A stretch of 64,000 nt of DNA. It comes from an uncultured Planctomycetia bacterium. Its GTDB lineage: Bacteria > Omnitrophota > Gorgyraeia > Duberdicusellales > 4484-171. The DNA lies in the NCBI GenBank assembly GCA_964629655.1, contig CAZVQU010000001.1, positions 484,056 to 548,055 of the forward strand, written 5' to 3'. The notes beneath the pieces were generated by a model. That model was not told where the DNA came from and searched no databases. It saw only the letters and a list, made by a program, of their open reading frames with translations. Shown here in pieces: positions 27,754 through 36,439 of this stretch (its first letter is position 1; each line of letters begins with the position of its first letter). The translations under genes and the position numbers were made by a program.

Positions 27754-28713
27754 TTACTTCTTTCGTTTGAATCTTCGGAATCCTGATAATTCGTAAATTT
27801 TGAGTTTTTCTTTTCCCTCGAGATAATCAAGCATAATGTTAATGCCTAAGCTATCAGAGGCGATATGTGAAGCGAAGATTACATTTATCTTGGATTCCTT
27901 ACACTTTTTAAAGTGTTCTTCGGATTGATGCATGGCAATTATGGTATCGACCCCTTTAGAAGCAAGCTCTTTGTAGATACCTTTTGGCCCTTCTGTGCCT
28001 CCGGTAAACTCAAGGTGAATATTCTTGCACCGGGAATTTTTACTTCCCACTACTATTCGAGGAGGATTATTATTCTTTGCAGCATCAAAATACTCAGGAA
28101 TAGTCTGTAAGATATCGGTTATCTTACCCAAAGTTGCCGGTTTGTTCTTATCTATTGTTTTTCTTAGGTGTTGATAAGCAAGGTTGTCACAAGGTGTGTG
28201 AGCGCAGATAAAATTTATATTAAGTAGGCGGGCTATATCAACGCCTCTAGAATGATTAGCTGAACTTACTCTTCTGGCAACTTGAAATTTCCTCTCCTCA
28301 AGAAGTTTCTCGCAAACCCCTAAGGCTACTCCTTCTTTGGCAAAAACATCGATCTGCAAATCCATCACGTCATAGAAATTAGCATAGGCTCGGCCTTGAG
28401 GGTGGTGAGAAACTACTAGATCTATTTTCTTTCCTTTTTCTCTCAACCTATCAACGAGAACCAACTCCCCGCCATCAATGTCTATACCAACAATCATAGA
28501 CTTTATATCACTCACCGGATCACCAACAAGAATACGGGTGTCAGCAAAAGGATTAGATAGCGAATCCTGGTCGAATAGTTCCTTATCTACCTTATCTAAT
28601 TTATTGAATTTCCTCTTATTCCTTTGAAGGAGTGTTTCAATTTCTTTATGGCTACGAACATCAGCATCAATACCTTTCTTTATTATTTCCTGGTAAAGGT
28701 TTTTCAGCTTCAT
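27754..28713 (-). CDS. Nif3-like dinuclear metal centre protein (GTP cyclohydrolase 1 type 2 homolog)
   Basis: ILVGDP...DLVVSHHP and AMHQSEEH motifs. Conserved position next to dnaG-rpoD. Confidence 0.6.
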   Translation of the reverse strand: MKLKNLYQEIIKKGIDADVRSHKEIETLLQRNKRKFNKLDKVDKELFDQDSLSNPFADTRILVGDPVSDIKSMIVGIDIDGGELVLVDRLREKGKKIDLVVSHHPQGRAYANFYDVMDLQIDVFAKEGVALGVCEKLLEERKFQVARRVSSANHSRGVDIARLLNINFICAHTPCDNLAYQHLRKTIDKNKPATLGKITDILQTIPEYFDAAKNNNPPRIVVGSKNSRCKNIHLEFTGGTEGPKGIYKELASKGVDTIIAMHQSEEHFKKCKESKINVIFASHIASDSLGINIMLDYLEGKEKLKIYELSGFRRFKRKK

Positions 28714-29239
28714 AATACTCTTCTACCTCCTTATTTGCTACTATCTTGGAATTAAATTTACCGTAACCTTTAAGGGCTACTAAATAAATCTTAGGGCTAA
28801 TATCTTTAAATATACTATAAGATATACTATGACGATAATACTTCGAGTCAAGAGGAGATAAATGCAATGAAAAAAAGATTACACTCCCTATAAGAGAGGC
28901 TCTAAAAGCTCCTAAAAAGAACAATACTATCCTTGCCTTAAAGCATACTCCATCTTTTTTACAGAAGACAGTTGCTATCATCCTGGAAAGGGTAAAAATT
29001 AACCTTATCCATAGGAAAATTGAGATAAAAGATAGCAGCAGAAAGTATTCTCTACTTAAAAATGGTATCTTATCTGCCAAGGAAGAATAATAATGGAAAG
29101 CAAAAAAAGATCCTAAAAGAATTCCGGCCAGCTTAAAACTTTCACAGACAATTCCTCGAGAAATTGAGATGTAAATAACTCTCAGACAGAGAATTAAAAA
29201 AATAAAATCTATAAAGTTTTGGCTTTCAAATATTTCCAT
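28667..29239 (-). CDS. CvpA family membrane protein
   Basis: N-terminal IDFIFLIL..ISRG pattern typical of CvpA, 4 TM helices. The internal ATG is preferred (M16 of the tracked ORF, about 29239). Confidence 0.55.
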   Translation of the reverse strand: MEIFESQNFIDFIFLILCLRVIYISISRGIVCESFKLAGILLGSFFAFHYYSSLADKIPFLSREYFLLLSFISIFLWIRLIFTLSRMIATVFCKKDGVCFKARIVLFFLGAFRASLIGSVIFFSLHLSPLDSKYYRHSISYSIFKDISPKIYLVALKGYGKFNSKIVANKEVEEYYEAEKPLPGNNKERY

Positions 29240-29454
29240 TTTTAAGTGTAAGTAGTATATAGCATACGCACCAAAATTTGTCAAGGGAACCTTTGCCGAT
29301 CGGCCGGAAAGACCAAATGTATTGATTTTTGGCTATGTTTATGGTAAGTTGAAATCGATGAAAAGATATTTCTTCCTTATCATCCTTGCCTTATTCGCAC
29401 TCCCCTTTTTAGGTTATCGCCAGACAATGGCCAAGGCAAAAGGTGGTTATTTAA

Positions 29455-30582
29455 ATGGATAAAGAGACCTTTGCCATAGCTTTTAGCGAAAAAGAGCAAG
29501 CAGAAGCAATCAAGGAAATTTCTCTAAAGGTAAAATCGGTCTTTCCTAAAACGATAAATTACCTTATTCTTCTCTCCACCCCAGACTATAATCCTAAGAA
29601 TCTTTTAAGGGCAATAAGTCTTACCTTGAAACCCAAAAAAATTTTAGGCCTAAAATCACCATTCTTAATCTTTGAAGACAAAGTTGTTTCCAAGGGAGTT
29701 GTGGCCTGCTGTATAAACAAAGATGGGCTAGAGATTCATGAAACCTTTTCTAAAGCCACCAAACCCCAAGAAATTGAATCATTCTTAATCTCCTCATTCA
29801 AGAAGTTAAAAAGAAGAGATTTTTCTTTCTTATTTTTTGCCTCTTCCCTAGTCGATCCGGCCACCTATGTCAGAGGGATAAAGATGTCTTTGGGAAAATT
29901 CTTTGAACCTCTCGGAGCTGGCTTCATAAAAAAATACTCCTCTTACAATTCCCAAATTGTAGATGGTAATCTTAGCGATGGCTTGGTAAGTATTGCCTTA
30001 AAAGGGCTTGATATACGTTCATCGAGATTAGGGGGATATGTACCTTTGGGAAAACCTTTTACTATCACCAAGACCACGACTAACAGGGCTATCATCATGG
30101 AAATAGATAACCAGCCAGCGATAGACATTTACAAACACTATCTTCAAGAAAAGTTTGATACTTTTGTAAAAAACCATCTTTTCTGTTTTTACCCTCTGGG
30201 GATAAATACCGGCGGCTCTTTGAGGATTATCAATGTTGTTGATTGCCTGGAGGACGGTTCCTTAATGTGCGTAGGTGAAGCGAGAGAAAATGAATATGGG
30301 CATATTATGTTTCTTGACTCCACTCTTTTTGTAAAGAATCTAAAAAGTAATTTAGCCCGGCTAAGAAACAATGGACAAACTTTAACTTTTATTATAAACT
30401 CTTTAACAAGAAAAAAAACCTTAGGTGAAGGAGCCAAGGGAGAAATAGCGGCGATAAAAGAAACTCTCGGGGATAAGTCAAAAGTAATTGGATTATACGT
30501 TGATTACTCTTTCTTGTCGGATAAAGAAAAGGGAGATATTGATATCGAGACCAACAATCTCCTTGTAACCACGTGGGAGTAG
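29455..30582 (+). CDS. Soluble sensory protein, possibly FIST-domain type, first gene of a signalling operon
   Basis: 375 aa, no TM. Strong SD (AGGTGG) 8 nt upstream. 2 nt before the histidine kinase gene. The FIST assignment rests on size and context plus a weak pattern only. Confidence 0.35.
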   Translation: MDKETFAIAFSEKEQAEAIKEISLKVKSVFPKTINYLILLSTPDYNPKNLLRAISLTLKPKKILGLKSPFLIFEDKVVSKGVVACCINKDGLEIHETFSKATKPQEIESFLISSFKKLKRRDFSFLFFASSLVDPATYVRGIKMSLGKFFEPLGAGFIKKYSSYNSQIVDGNLSDGLVSIALKGLDIRSSRLGGYVPLGKPFTITKTTTNRAIIMEIDNQPAIDIYKHYLQEKFDTFVKNHLFCFYPLGINTGGSLRIINVVDCLEDGSLMCVGEARENEYGHIMFLDSTLFVKNLKSNLARLRNNGQTLTFIINSLTRKKTLGEGAKGEIAAIKETLGDKSKVIGLYVDYSFLSDKEKGDIDIETNNLLVTTWE

Positions 30583-30583
30583 C

Positions 30584-32044
30584 ATGTTTAAAAAAATACT
30601 ATCTCTTGACCCTCTAGCTACTTTGGTCTTTATATTTTTCGGTATAATAGTATTCCTCATATTTTATATCATCGGCAGACTGCAAAGCGTCTATAATTTA
30701 AAGAAAGACCTCAGCCAGGCAAATAGAACTATTCAAAACCTAGACCAACAGGCAAAATTAATTATAAAGGGCGACATGGAATTAAAGCTATCTCAACAGG
30801 AGATAGAAAGCGAGCTCACAAAACTAACCCTAATAAAGAACCTTCTCTTTTCTTCTATTTATACTTTAGATAAGGAAAAAATCTTCTCCTCAATAACCGA
30901 AGAAATAATACATGCCTTGGGATTTAAGAAAGGGTTGGTAATTGACTTTCAAGAGAGTAAAGAAAAGGTTAATGTTGGCTTTGACGCTGGTGATGTTGAG
31001 CTATTCAAAGGGGCTTTCAAGCATAAGAAAGAGCTGCTAAAAGATACGCAGATTTTGCGCTCAGGCTCTGGAATTTACAAAGATCTTTTCCCGACTATAG
31101 GAAATAAAAACATTCTTATCGCACCAATAAAAGCAAGGGAGTTCGTATACGCCATATTTATAGTATCTGACCTTAATCTCCACGCTGAGATTAAAAAGTC
31201 AGAAGAAGAGGCATTCTTAATCGTCTGCATGTATCTTAGCCAATGTCTTGATAACATCCGGTTATTTGAAGACCTCTACCATACAAAAGATAACTTAGAG
31301 AAGAAAATCAAGGAACGAACAAGTGAACTTGTTAAAAGTTTAAGGGCAATCGAAGTTATAAGTAAAACTAAGTCTGACTTCATTTCTAGCGTATCCCATG
31401 AACTAAGAACTCCTCTTACCTCAGTAAAGGGGTTCTCTGCCCTTTTGGTTGGTGAAAAATTTGGTAAATTGCCTGAAGAAGCCAGGAAGCGATTGCTAAA
31501 GATAGACGGGAACGTAAATAAACTTATGGTTATTGTAAACACCCTCTTAGATATTTCTCGCATAGAGTCCGGCAAGATGGAAGTAAAGATTGCACCATTT
31601 GAAATTACGAAATTAATCAGAGAGGTAGCAGATTTCTTAAGCCCTCAAGTCCAAGCTAAAGAGATAGGGTTAGCGTTTGAGCTTTCTGAAAGCTTGACCG
31701 CATACCTAGATAAAAATCTTATTGAAAGGGTATTGATCAATCTTATCAATAATGCCATAAAGTTTACTCCTTCCGGGGGGAAAATAACGCTTAGGTGTAT
31801 CCAGAAAGACAAACAAGCTGTTGTCTCTGTGTCTGATACTGGTTGCGGGATGAAAGAAGATGATTTAGGAAAAGTATTCCAGGAATTCTTCAGAGCAGCT
31901 AACCCTGCAATCGCCAAAATAGAAGGCAGCGGCCTAGGTCTTTCTTTAGTGAAAAGAATCATTGATACCCATAAGGAAAAAATATGGGTAGAGTCAAAAC
32001 TAGGAAAAGGTACTACTTTTTCATTTACCCTAAGGATACCTTAA
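30584..32044 (+). CDS. Sensor histidine kinase
   Basis: N-terminal TM, HisKA SHELRTPL, HATPase N box NLINNAIKF and G boxes DTGCGM/GSGLGL. Confidence 0.85.
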   Translation: MFKKILSLDPLATLVFIFFGIIVFLIFYIIGRLQSVYNLKKDLSQANRTIQNLDQQAKLIIKGDMELKLSQQEIESELTKLTLIKNLLFSSIYTLDKEKIFSSITEEIIHALGFKKGLVIDFQESKEKVNVGFDAGDVELFKGAFKHKKELLKDTQILRSGSGIYKDLFPTIGNKNILIAPIKAREFVYAIFIVSDLNLHAEIKKSEEEAFLIVCMYLSQCLDNIRLFEDLYHTKDNLEKKIKERTSELVKSLRAIEVISKTKSDFISSVSHELRTPLTSVKGFSALLVGEKFGKLPEEARKRLLKIDGNVNKLMVIVNTLLDISRIESGKMEVKIAPFEITKLIREVADFLSPQVQAKEIGLAFELSESLTAYLDKNLIERVLINLINNAIKFTPSGGKITLRCIQKDKQAVVSVSDTGCGMKEDDLGKVFQEFFRAANPAIAKIEGSGLGLSLVKRIIDTHKEKIWVESKLGKGTTFSFTLRIP

Positions 32045-32045
32045 G

Positions 32046-32975
32046 ATGTATAAATTAAAAGTCCTAATCATTGACGATAACCCCGATATTCTTGATCTTC
32101 TCGAAGCCACCTTGCAGGATGAATTCGAACTAATAAAAGCCTCTTCCGGCAATGAGGCTTTAGAGAAGCTAAAAGCCAATAGTCCCAACTTTTTAGTCTT
32201 AGACTATGTTCTCCCTGATTTAAAAGGCCCGGAAATTTGCAAGATAATAAGAAAAGATCCTCTATTCCTAAACGTCCCTATTCTTATGCTTACCGGCAAA
32301 GGTGAGGTAGAAGATAAAGTTACTGGGCTTGAAGCTGGCGCTGACGATTACATGCTGAAACCCTTTGACCCCCAAGAATTAATCGCCCGGGTAAGAATGC
32401 TTATACGACGTTCCTCTGCAAACTTAGACGCCAATCCCTTAACCCGATTACCAGGGAATGTTTCGATCAATAAGGAACTAACTGAAAAAATTCAAAGTAA
32501 AGAAATGTTTGCTGTGCTCTATATTGACATTGATAATTTTAAAGCTGTAAATGACTACTACGGATTTGAAGAGGGCGACAATGTAATTAAGGAAACTGCT
32601 CGAATCCTTATTGACTCTATCCAGAAAAAAGGAACGGCTAAGGATTTTGTAGGGCACATTGGCGGAGATGACTTTGCTATTGTAACAACCCCTGGAAAAT
32701 TCGAAGAAATAGCTAAAAAGGTAATAACCGATTTTGACAATATCGCGCCAACCTTCTTTGCGGAAAAAGACAGATTAAGAGGTTATATTGAAACAAAAGG
32801 ACGTGATAATAAAATACATAGATTTGGTTTCCCGACCATCTCTCTTGGGATAATTACTAATCTAAAACAAAATTTTACCCATACTGCCGAGGTAAATTCT
32901 CTAGGGGCAGAAATGAAAAGCCTGGCCAAAAAATTCCCAGAAAGTAAGTACATAGTTAATAAGAGAAGTTCTTAA
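32046..32975 (+). CDS. Response regulator receiver + GGDEF domain protein (non-canonical GGDDF motif)
   Basis: REC domain (DD...D...K). GGDEF domain with LTRLPGN, DIDNFKAVND, and HIGGDDF instead of GG(D/E)EF. No RxxD I-site before it. Confidence 0.85.
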   Translation: MYKLKVLIIDDNPDILDLLEATLQDEFELIKASSGNEALEKLKANSPNFLVLDYVLPDLKGPEICKIIRKDPLFLNVPILMLTGKGEVEDKVTGLEAGADDYMLKPFDPQELIARVRMLIRRSSANLDANPLTRLPGNVSINKELTEKIQSKEMFAVLYIDIDNFKAVNDYYGFEEGDNVIKETARILIDSIQKKGTAKDFVGHIGGDDFAIVTTPGKFEEIAKKVITDFDNIAPTFFAEKDRLRGYIETKGRDNKIHRFGFPTISLGIITNLKQNFTHTAEVNSLGAEMKSLAKKFPESKYIVNKRSS

Positions 32976-32980
32976 TGCTT

Positions 32981-33067
32981 GCGAGGGTGGCGGAATTGGC
33001 AGACGCACTAGCTTGAGGGGCTAACGGTAGCGATACCGTAGGGGTTCAAGTCCCCTCCCTCGCACCA
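32981..33067 (+). tRNA. tRNA-Leu (anticodon GAG)
   Basis: 87 nt. Acceptor GCGAGGG/CCCTCGC. Anticodon loop TTGAGGG. Long variable arm. T-arm GGTTCAAGTCC. CCA encoded. Confidence 0.85.
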
Positions 33068-33084
33068 CTATTTTTACGATAAGA

Positions 33085-33801
33085 CTAATTTGCAATTTCT
33101 AAATCTCCCCACAAAAATATCTTTTCTCCAAAAGCAACTAGTAATCCTTCAATCGGAAGTTTGTTTTTAGCTTCATCTAAAACCTTATCTACATCCTCTA
33201 CTTTTTTTATCCTATTAGATATAGCAGTGGCAAAACTGTCGGCAATAATTATATTTTTAGCAACTACGCTAACTAGATCGGCTTTACCGAAATTAAGGCT
33301 ATGCCCCAAAGATGATGATGAGGAGGCAATCCCAAAGGCCTGGCTTCTTTTCTTTATCTTTAACTTAAGATTATTTATCTTAAACTCTTGGCCTAAGTAA
33401 ACCCCGATAATCTTATCTTCATTAATTTTTAGAAAGATATCCCCGCCATTCTCTACAATGAGCTCCTGACAATGATTTAAGAGCTCGCCTCCTACGTAGG
33501 AAGCGACTGCTCCGGCAACAGCAGAAAAGGGACCAATACCGGTAACTTTTGAGCTCTCTAGCATCTCTCTTATGATCGGTGGTGCTGTTTGGTCGATTTC
33601 CAAAGGAAAAAGAGACCTCGAAAAGAGAGGGTTTTCCTTTATATAATCTTCTATCTGCTCATAACACTCTACTAAAATACCCTGGGCTTTTTCCTTGTCA
33701 ATCACCTTATCGCTACAAATTAAAAGGTCACTTTCTTTGAAAGAAACCTCAATCTTAAATTTTGAGAAGATTTGATCGCGGTAGAGTCTTTCTTCGTACA
33801 T
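33085..33801 (-). CDS. ApbE-like/UPF0280-like protein
   Basis: GIGPFSAVAGAVASYVG and IVENGGDIFL resemble ApbE-family motifs. 238 aa. Confidence 0.3.
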   Translation of the reverse strand: MYEERLYRDQIFSKFKIEVSFKESDLLICSDKVIDKEKAQGILVECYEQIEDYIKENPLFSRSLFPLEIDQTAPPIIREMLESSKVTGIGPFSAVAGAVASYVGGELLNHCQELIVENGGDIFLKINEDKIIGVYLGQEFKINNLKLKIKKRSQAFGIASSSSSLGHSLNFGKADLVSVVAKNIIIADSFATAISNRIKKVEDVDKVLDEAKNKLPIEGLLVAFGEKIFLWGDLEIAN

Positions 33802-33808
33802 ACTTTTA

Positions 33809-34450
33809 TTAACGTTGGTATTTTAAAACAACTATTTTCTTAAATGATCCTATATTATCTCGGCTAAGCACCAGTGAATCTTTCTCCTCGTAATCAGGAT
33901 TAGCTTTCAAAAACTTATCCACGCCGTCAATATCAAATCCCAGCTTGGGAGTCTTATAGTGCATTGGAATGGTAATCTTGGGACTAATCTCTCTTATCAA
34001 CTGGCTTGCCTCGGCTGCATCAATAGTAAAGGTTCCTCCGACTGGAATTATAGCAATGTCAATATCACTAAAAGAGGTCAAATCAATGTCTTTTTCTCCT
34101 AAATCGCCAAAGTGAACAATTTTTAAATTATCAGCCCCAATAGTAAAAATTATATTCTCGCCGCGAGAGCGCCCCTTATCCTTATCATGGTAAGAAAGCA
34201 TACCTTTGATCTCTATATCCTTTGTCGAGGCTTCTCCCTCTTGGTTAACAATCAAAGCATCTTTGAAGTCCTGAATGTTGTTATGGTCAGCATGTTTATG
34301 CGAAGCAGTAACAATGTCAGCCTCAAGATTAATAGCCTCATAACCTACTGCTCCGCCATAACCGCCAGACTCATAAGGGTCCGTAATCAATCTAGTCCCT
34401 TGGCTAGTCTCTAATAAAAAACAAGCATGGCCTAAGAAACTTATTTCCAT
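33809..34450 (-). CDS. MBL-fold metal-dependent hydrolase (UPF0173-like)
   Basis: FLGHACFLLET...ITDPY and H.H.DH motif (SHKHADHNN). Confidence 0.7.
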   Translation of the reverse strand: MEISFLGHACFLLETSQGTRLITDPYESGGYGGAVGYEAINLEADIVTASHKHADHNNIQDFKDALIVNQEGEASTKDIEIKGMLSYHDKDKGRSRGENIIFTIGADNLKIVHFGDLGEKDIDLTSFSDIDIAIIPVGGTFTIDAAEASQLIREISPKITIPMHYKTPKLGFDIDGVDKFLKANPDYEEKDSLVLSRDNIGSFKKIVVLKYQR

Positions 34451-35127
34451 TACTCTTCTGACCCTTTGTTATTTATTAATTCCTCTAGGATACTTCGGGA
34501 TATCCCAATGTCCACTATAGATATCTGGCCACAAAGACTCGGGCCTTGGTTTAGATAAAATCCTAACTTAGGGGCAATAAAACTTACTGTGTAATCAGCT
34601 TTGACCGCTTGGCCTAAAACTTTTCCTTCATCTGGAGACAAACCTGAGGGTATATCGCAAGATACTGTTTTCTTACCGCTTTCATTTATAAGACCAATAG
34701 CCTCTTTCAAAAAAGAGCTAAGCTCACCCTTTACTCCGATTCCCAAGATTCCCTCAAGGATAAAATCTCTATCTTCAAATAGCTTTTTAAGCTTGAGGAT
34801 ATTGTTATTGTCAAAAAAAGATATCTGATGCCCTATCTCTTCAAGAACCCCTTTTTGAAAAGAAACTTGGGGGCCTAACTCTTTCTCTACTAAAATAGCC
34901 ACCGTTACATCATAACCGGAAGAAGAGAGTTTTCGGGCACAACTCAAAACATCAGCACCGTTATTGCCCCGACCGGATATAACAAGTACTTTTTCCCCTA
35001 AATTCAACCTATCAATTACCTTAAAAAGATTACTTGAGGCATTCTCGATGAGTATCCTCTCTTCCAAGCCAATTTTCTTAGCCATATCATCTAGCTCTCG
35101 TAGTTTACTAACCTCCAAACCCTTCAT
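34450..35127 (-). CDS. NAD(P)H-hydrate epimerase (YjeF N-terminal domain)
   Basis: VLVISGRGNNGADVLSCARKL signature. Confidence 0.7.
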   Translation of the reverse strand: MKGLEVSKLRELDDMAKKIGLEERILIENASSNLFKVIDRLNLGEKVLVISGRGNNGADVLSCARKLSSSGYDVTVAILVEKELGPQVSFQKGVLEEIGHQISFFDNNNILKLKKLFEDRDFILEGILGIGVKGELSSFLKEAIGLINESGKKTVSCDIPSGLSPDEGKVLGQAVKADYTVSFIAPKLGFYLNQGPSLCGQISIVDIGISRSILEELINNKGSEE

Positions 35128-35185
35128 CCAATGACTTCCTTCTTTTTTAGTATTTTAATTATCGCGGGGAGAAAAAGATGCACCT

Positions 35186-36151
35186 TTAATGCGTTTCTTT
35201 ACCTTTCTTCTTAAACAAATCCAGGAATTTATCCTCATATTCCTTATAGACATTCCAGCGGTCAAGCTCACCCTTTAGCTTATTAGCTAAAGTTATATCT
35301 TTCCCGGCGTCGCTGAAAAGCTTTTCTATTTCTTTACGGGCTGATTGGGGTAGCTTTGTGTAGGCAGCTAAATCTTTTTTGATCTTATCAATATCGTCAT
35401 CGCTTAAGGGGCTATGTCCCGGAGTGGGGGTTTCTCCTTTCAAGTAAGTTATCAGCTTATCTATTTCCTCTTCAATAAACTTACTGCGAGAGGCTATCGA
35501 AGTAAGATTCAAATCTACTTTAAGATACTTGCCCATTGCTTCTAAAATACTACGAGTTGCCTTAGGATTTTCGATTTGAACAGTATAAAAAGGGATCTCT
35601 CCTAATAAACATACCCCTTTTATAGATTTCTTCTTTCCTACGCCCAAAATAATTCCATTAAGCCCACTTACCTGGCCTTCTTTCAGAACTTTTAAGTCAA
35701 GCTTCTCTAAGGGCTTTAGGAGTTCGCCGTGGGTTACCGCCACCCATACCTTAGACTTACTCTTATGGTCAATCGGCTCGGGTTTAGCTGCAAAGGTAAA
35801 CATCTGGTTTACTTTATACTTCCTTATAAAATTAACAATCATCAAAGATAAGGCTTGAGCATATTCTAATGGCGGCTGTACTTCGCCTAAGAAAAGAATT
35901 ATATCCGGTGATTTCTTGCCTTTATGGTAGTAGAAGAATCCGGCTGGCATTTCAGGAATATTAAGGACTCCCTTTTCTACAGATACTGCTGCTGGTTTAA
36001 AGAATTGTGGAGCTTGAAGCTTAGCAAAAACCTTAAACTCTAAAACCTCCTTTAAAAAAAGAGCAGCCCGGTAAGCTACCTCCCCCATTCCTGGCCAAGC
36101 AGCGATAAAAATTGGATTCTTTAGTTTTGGTGAAGCAATTTCTTTAATCAT
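35186..36151 (-). CDS. PAC2-family-like protein (start at ATG 36151 preferred over the TTG at 36175)
   Basis: IAAWPGMGEVA N-terminal motif and size consistent with bacterial PAC2 family. The tracked ORF begins at a TTG with no SD. The ATG at 36151 has a weak GGTAGAG upstream. Confidence 0.4.
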   Translation of the reverse strand: MIKEIASPKLKNPIFIAAWPGMGEVAYRAALFLKEVLEFKVFAKLQAPQFFKPAAVSVEKGVLNIPEMPAGFFYYHKGKKSPDIILFLGEVQPPLEYAQALSLMIVNFIRKYKVNQMFTFAAKPEPIDHKSKSKVWVAVTHGELLKPLEKLDLKVLKEGQVSGLNGIILGVGKKKSIKGVCLLGEIPFYTVQIENPKATRSILEAMGKYLKVDLNLTSIASRSKFIEEEIDKLITYLKGETPTPGHSPLSDDDIDKIKKDLAAYTKLPQSARKEIEKLFSDAGKDITLANKLKGELDRWNVYKEYEDKFLDLFKKKGKETH

Positions 36152-36185
36152 CTTAAATACTCTACCATAAGTCAAACAAAAGACA

Positions 36186-36356
36186 AATAAAAAACCCCGC
36201 CATTTATCCGTTACAGGCGATCGCTATCAGTTTCTCATCTCTACACGTGGGCGCCGCATCTTTCCCGCCTAGGCAGTAAGAAATATTAGCTCCCTTATTA
36301 ATGGCGTTAGCTGTAGCGTTCTGACCTGCTATCGCGATAGGCAGGGTTATTTTCAT
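36186..36356 (-). other. Orphan transcription unit: candidate sRNA, cis-regulatory leader, or leaderless 50-aa Cys-containing ORF, ending in a G-rich/U7 terminator-like tail
   Basis: A ~170-nt GC-enriched segment from the predicted TSS to GGCGGGGUUUUUUUAUUU. It contains the near-perfect 21-bp palindrome CCTGCTATCGCGATAGGCAGG (36325-36345). An AUG at the predicted TSS opens MKITLPIAIAGQNATANAINKGANISYCLGGKDAAPTCRDEKLIAIACNG. Confidence 0.3.
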
Positions 36357-36360
36357 ATCT

Positions 36361-36389
36361 ATTATACCACTACCTTTTTGTTTTTTCAA
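36361..36389 (-). promoter_or_regulatory. Strong sigma70-like promoter (-35 TTGAAA, 17-nt spacer, TGgTATAAT) with no annotated gene directly behind it
   Basis: Minus strand TTGAAAaaacaaaaaggtagtggTATAAT. It lies 50-75 nt downstream of the pheT stop. Confidence 0.45.
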
Positions 36390-36439
36390 TCTAGACACTA
36401 CCCCGCTACAAAAATATCTTCAAGCGAACTAAGGAATCT

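Noticed and set aside
29358-29462. 34-codon signal-peptide-like mini-ORF (MKRYFFLIILALFALPFLGYRQTMAKAKGGYLNG) overlapping the start of the first signalling-operon gene
   Set aside because: Weak RBS, and it overlaps the well-supported ATG and SD of the 375-aa gene. Likely spurious, or at most a regulatory uORF.
36186-36356. Resemblance of the orphan transcribed segment to SRP RNA domain IV (CAGGUCAG...GGAA-like strings) and to TPP riboswitch strings (UGAGA, CUGAU, GGAUAA)
   Set aside because: Only short ungapped string similarities. The expected GNRA-capped helix 8 or the P2/P3 pairing could not be built by hand. Left as an unclassified candidate pending a covariance-model scan.
36204-36398. 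64-aa tracked ORF starting at GTG upstream of the orphan promoter
   Set aside because: The GTG start lies upstream of the predicted -10 element. Only the internal AUG at the predicted TSS is compatible with the promoter, and even that remains speculative.
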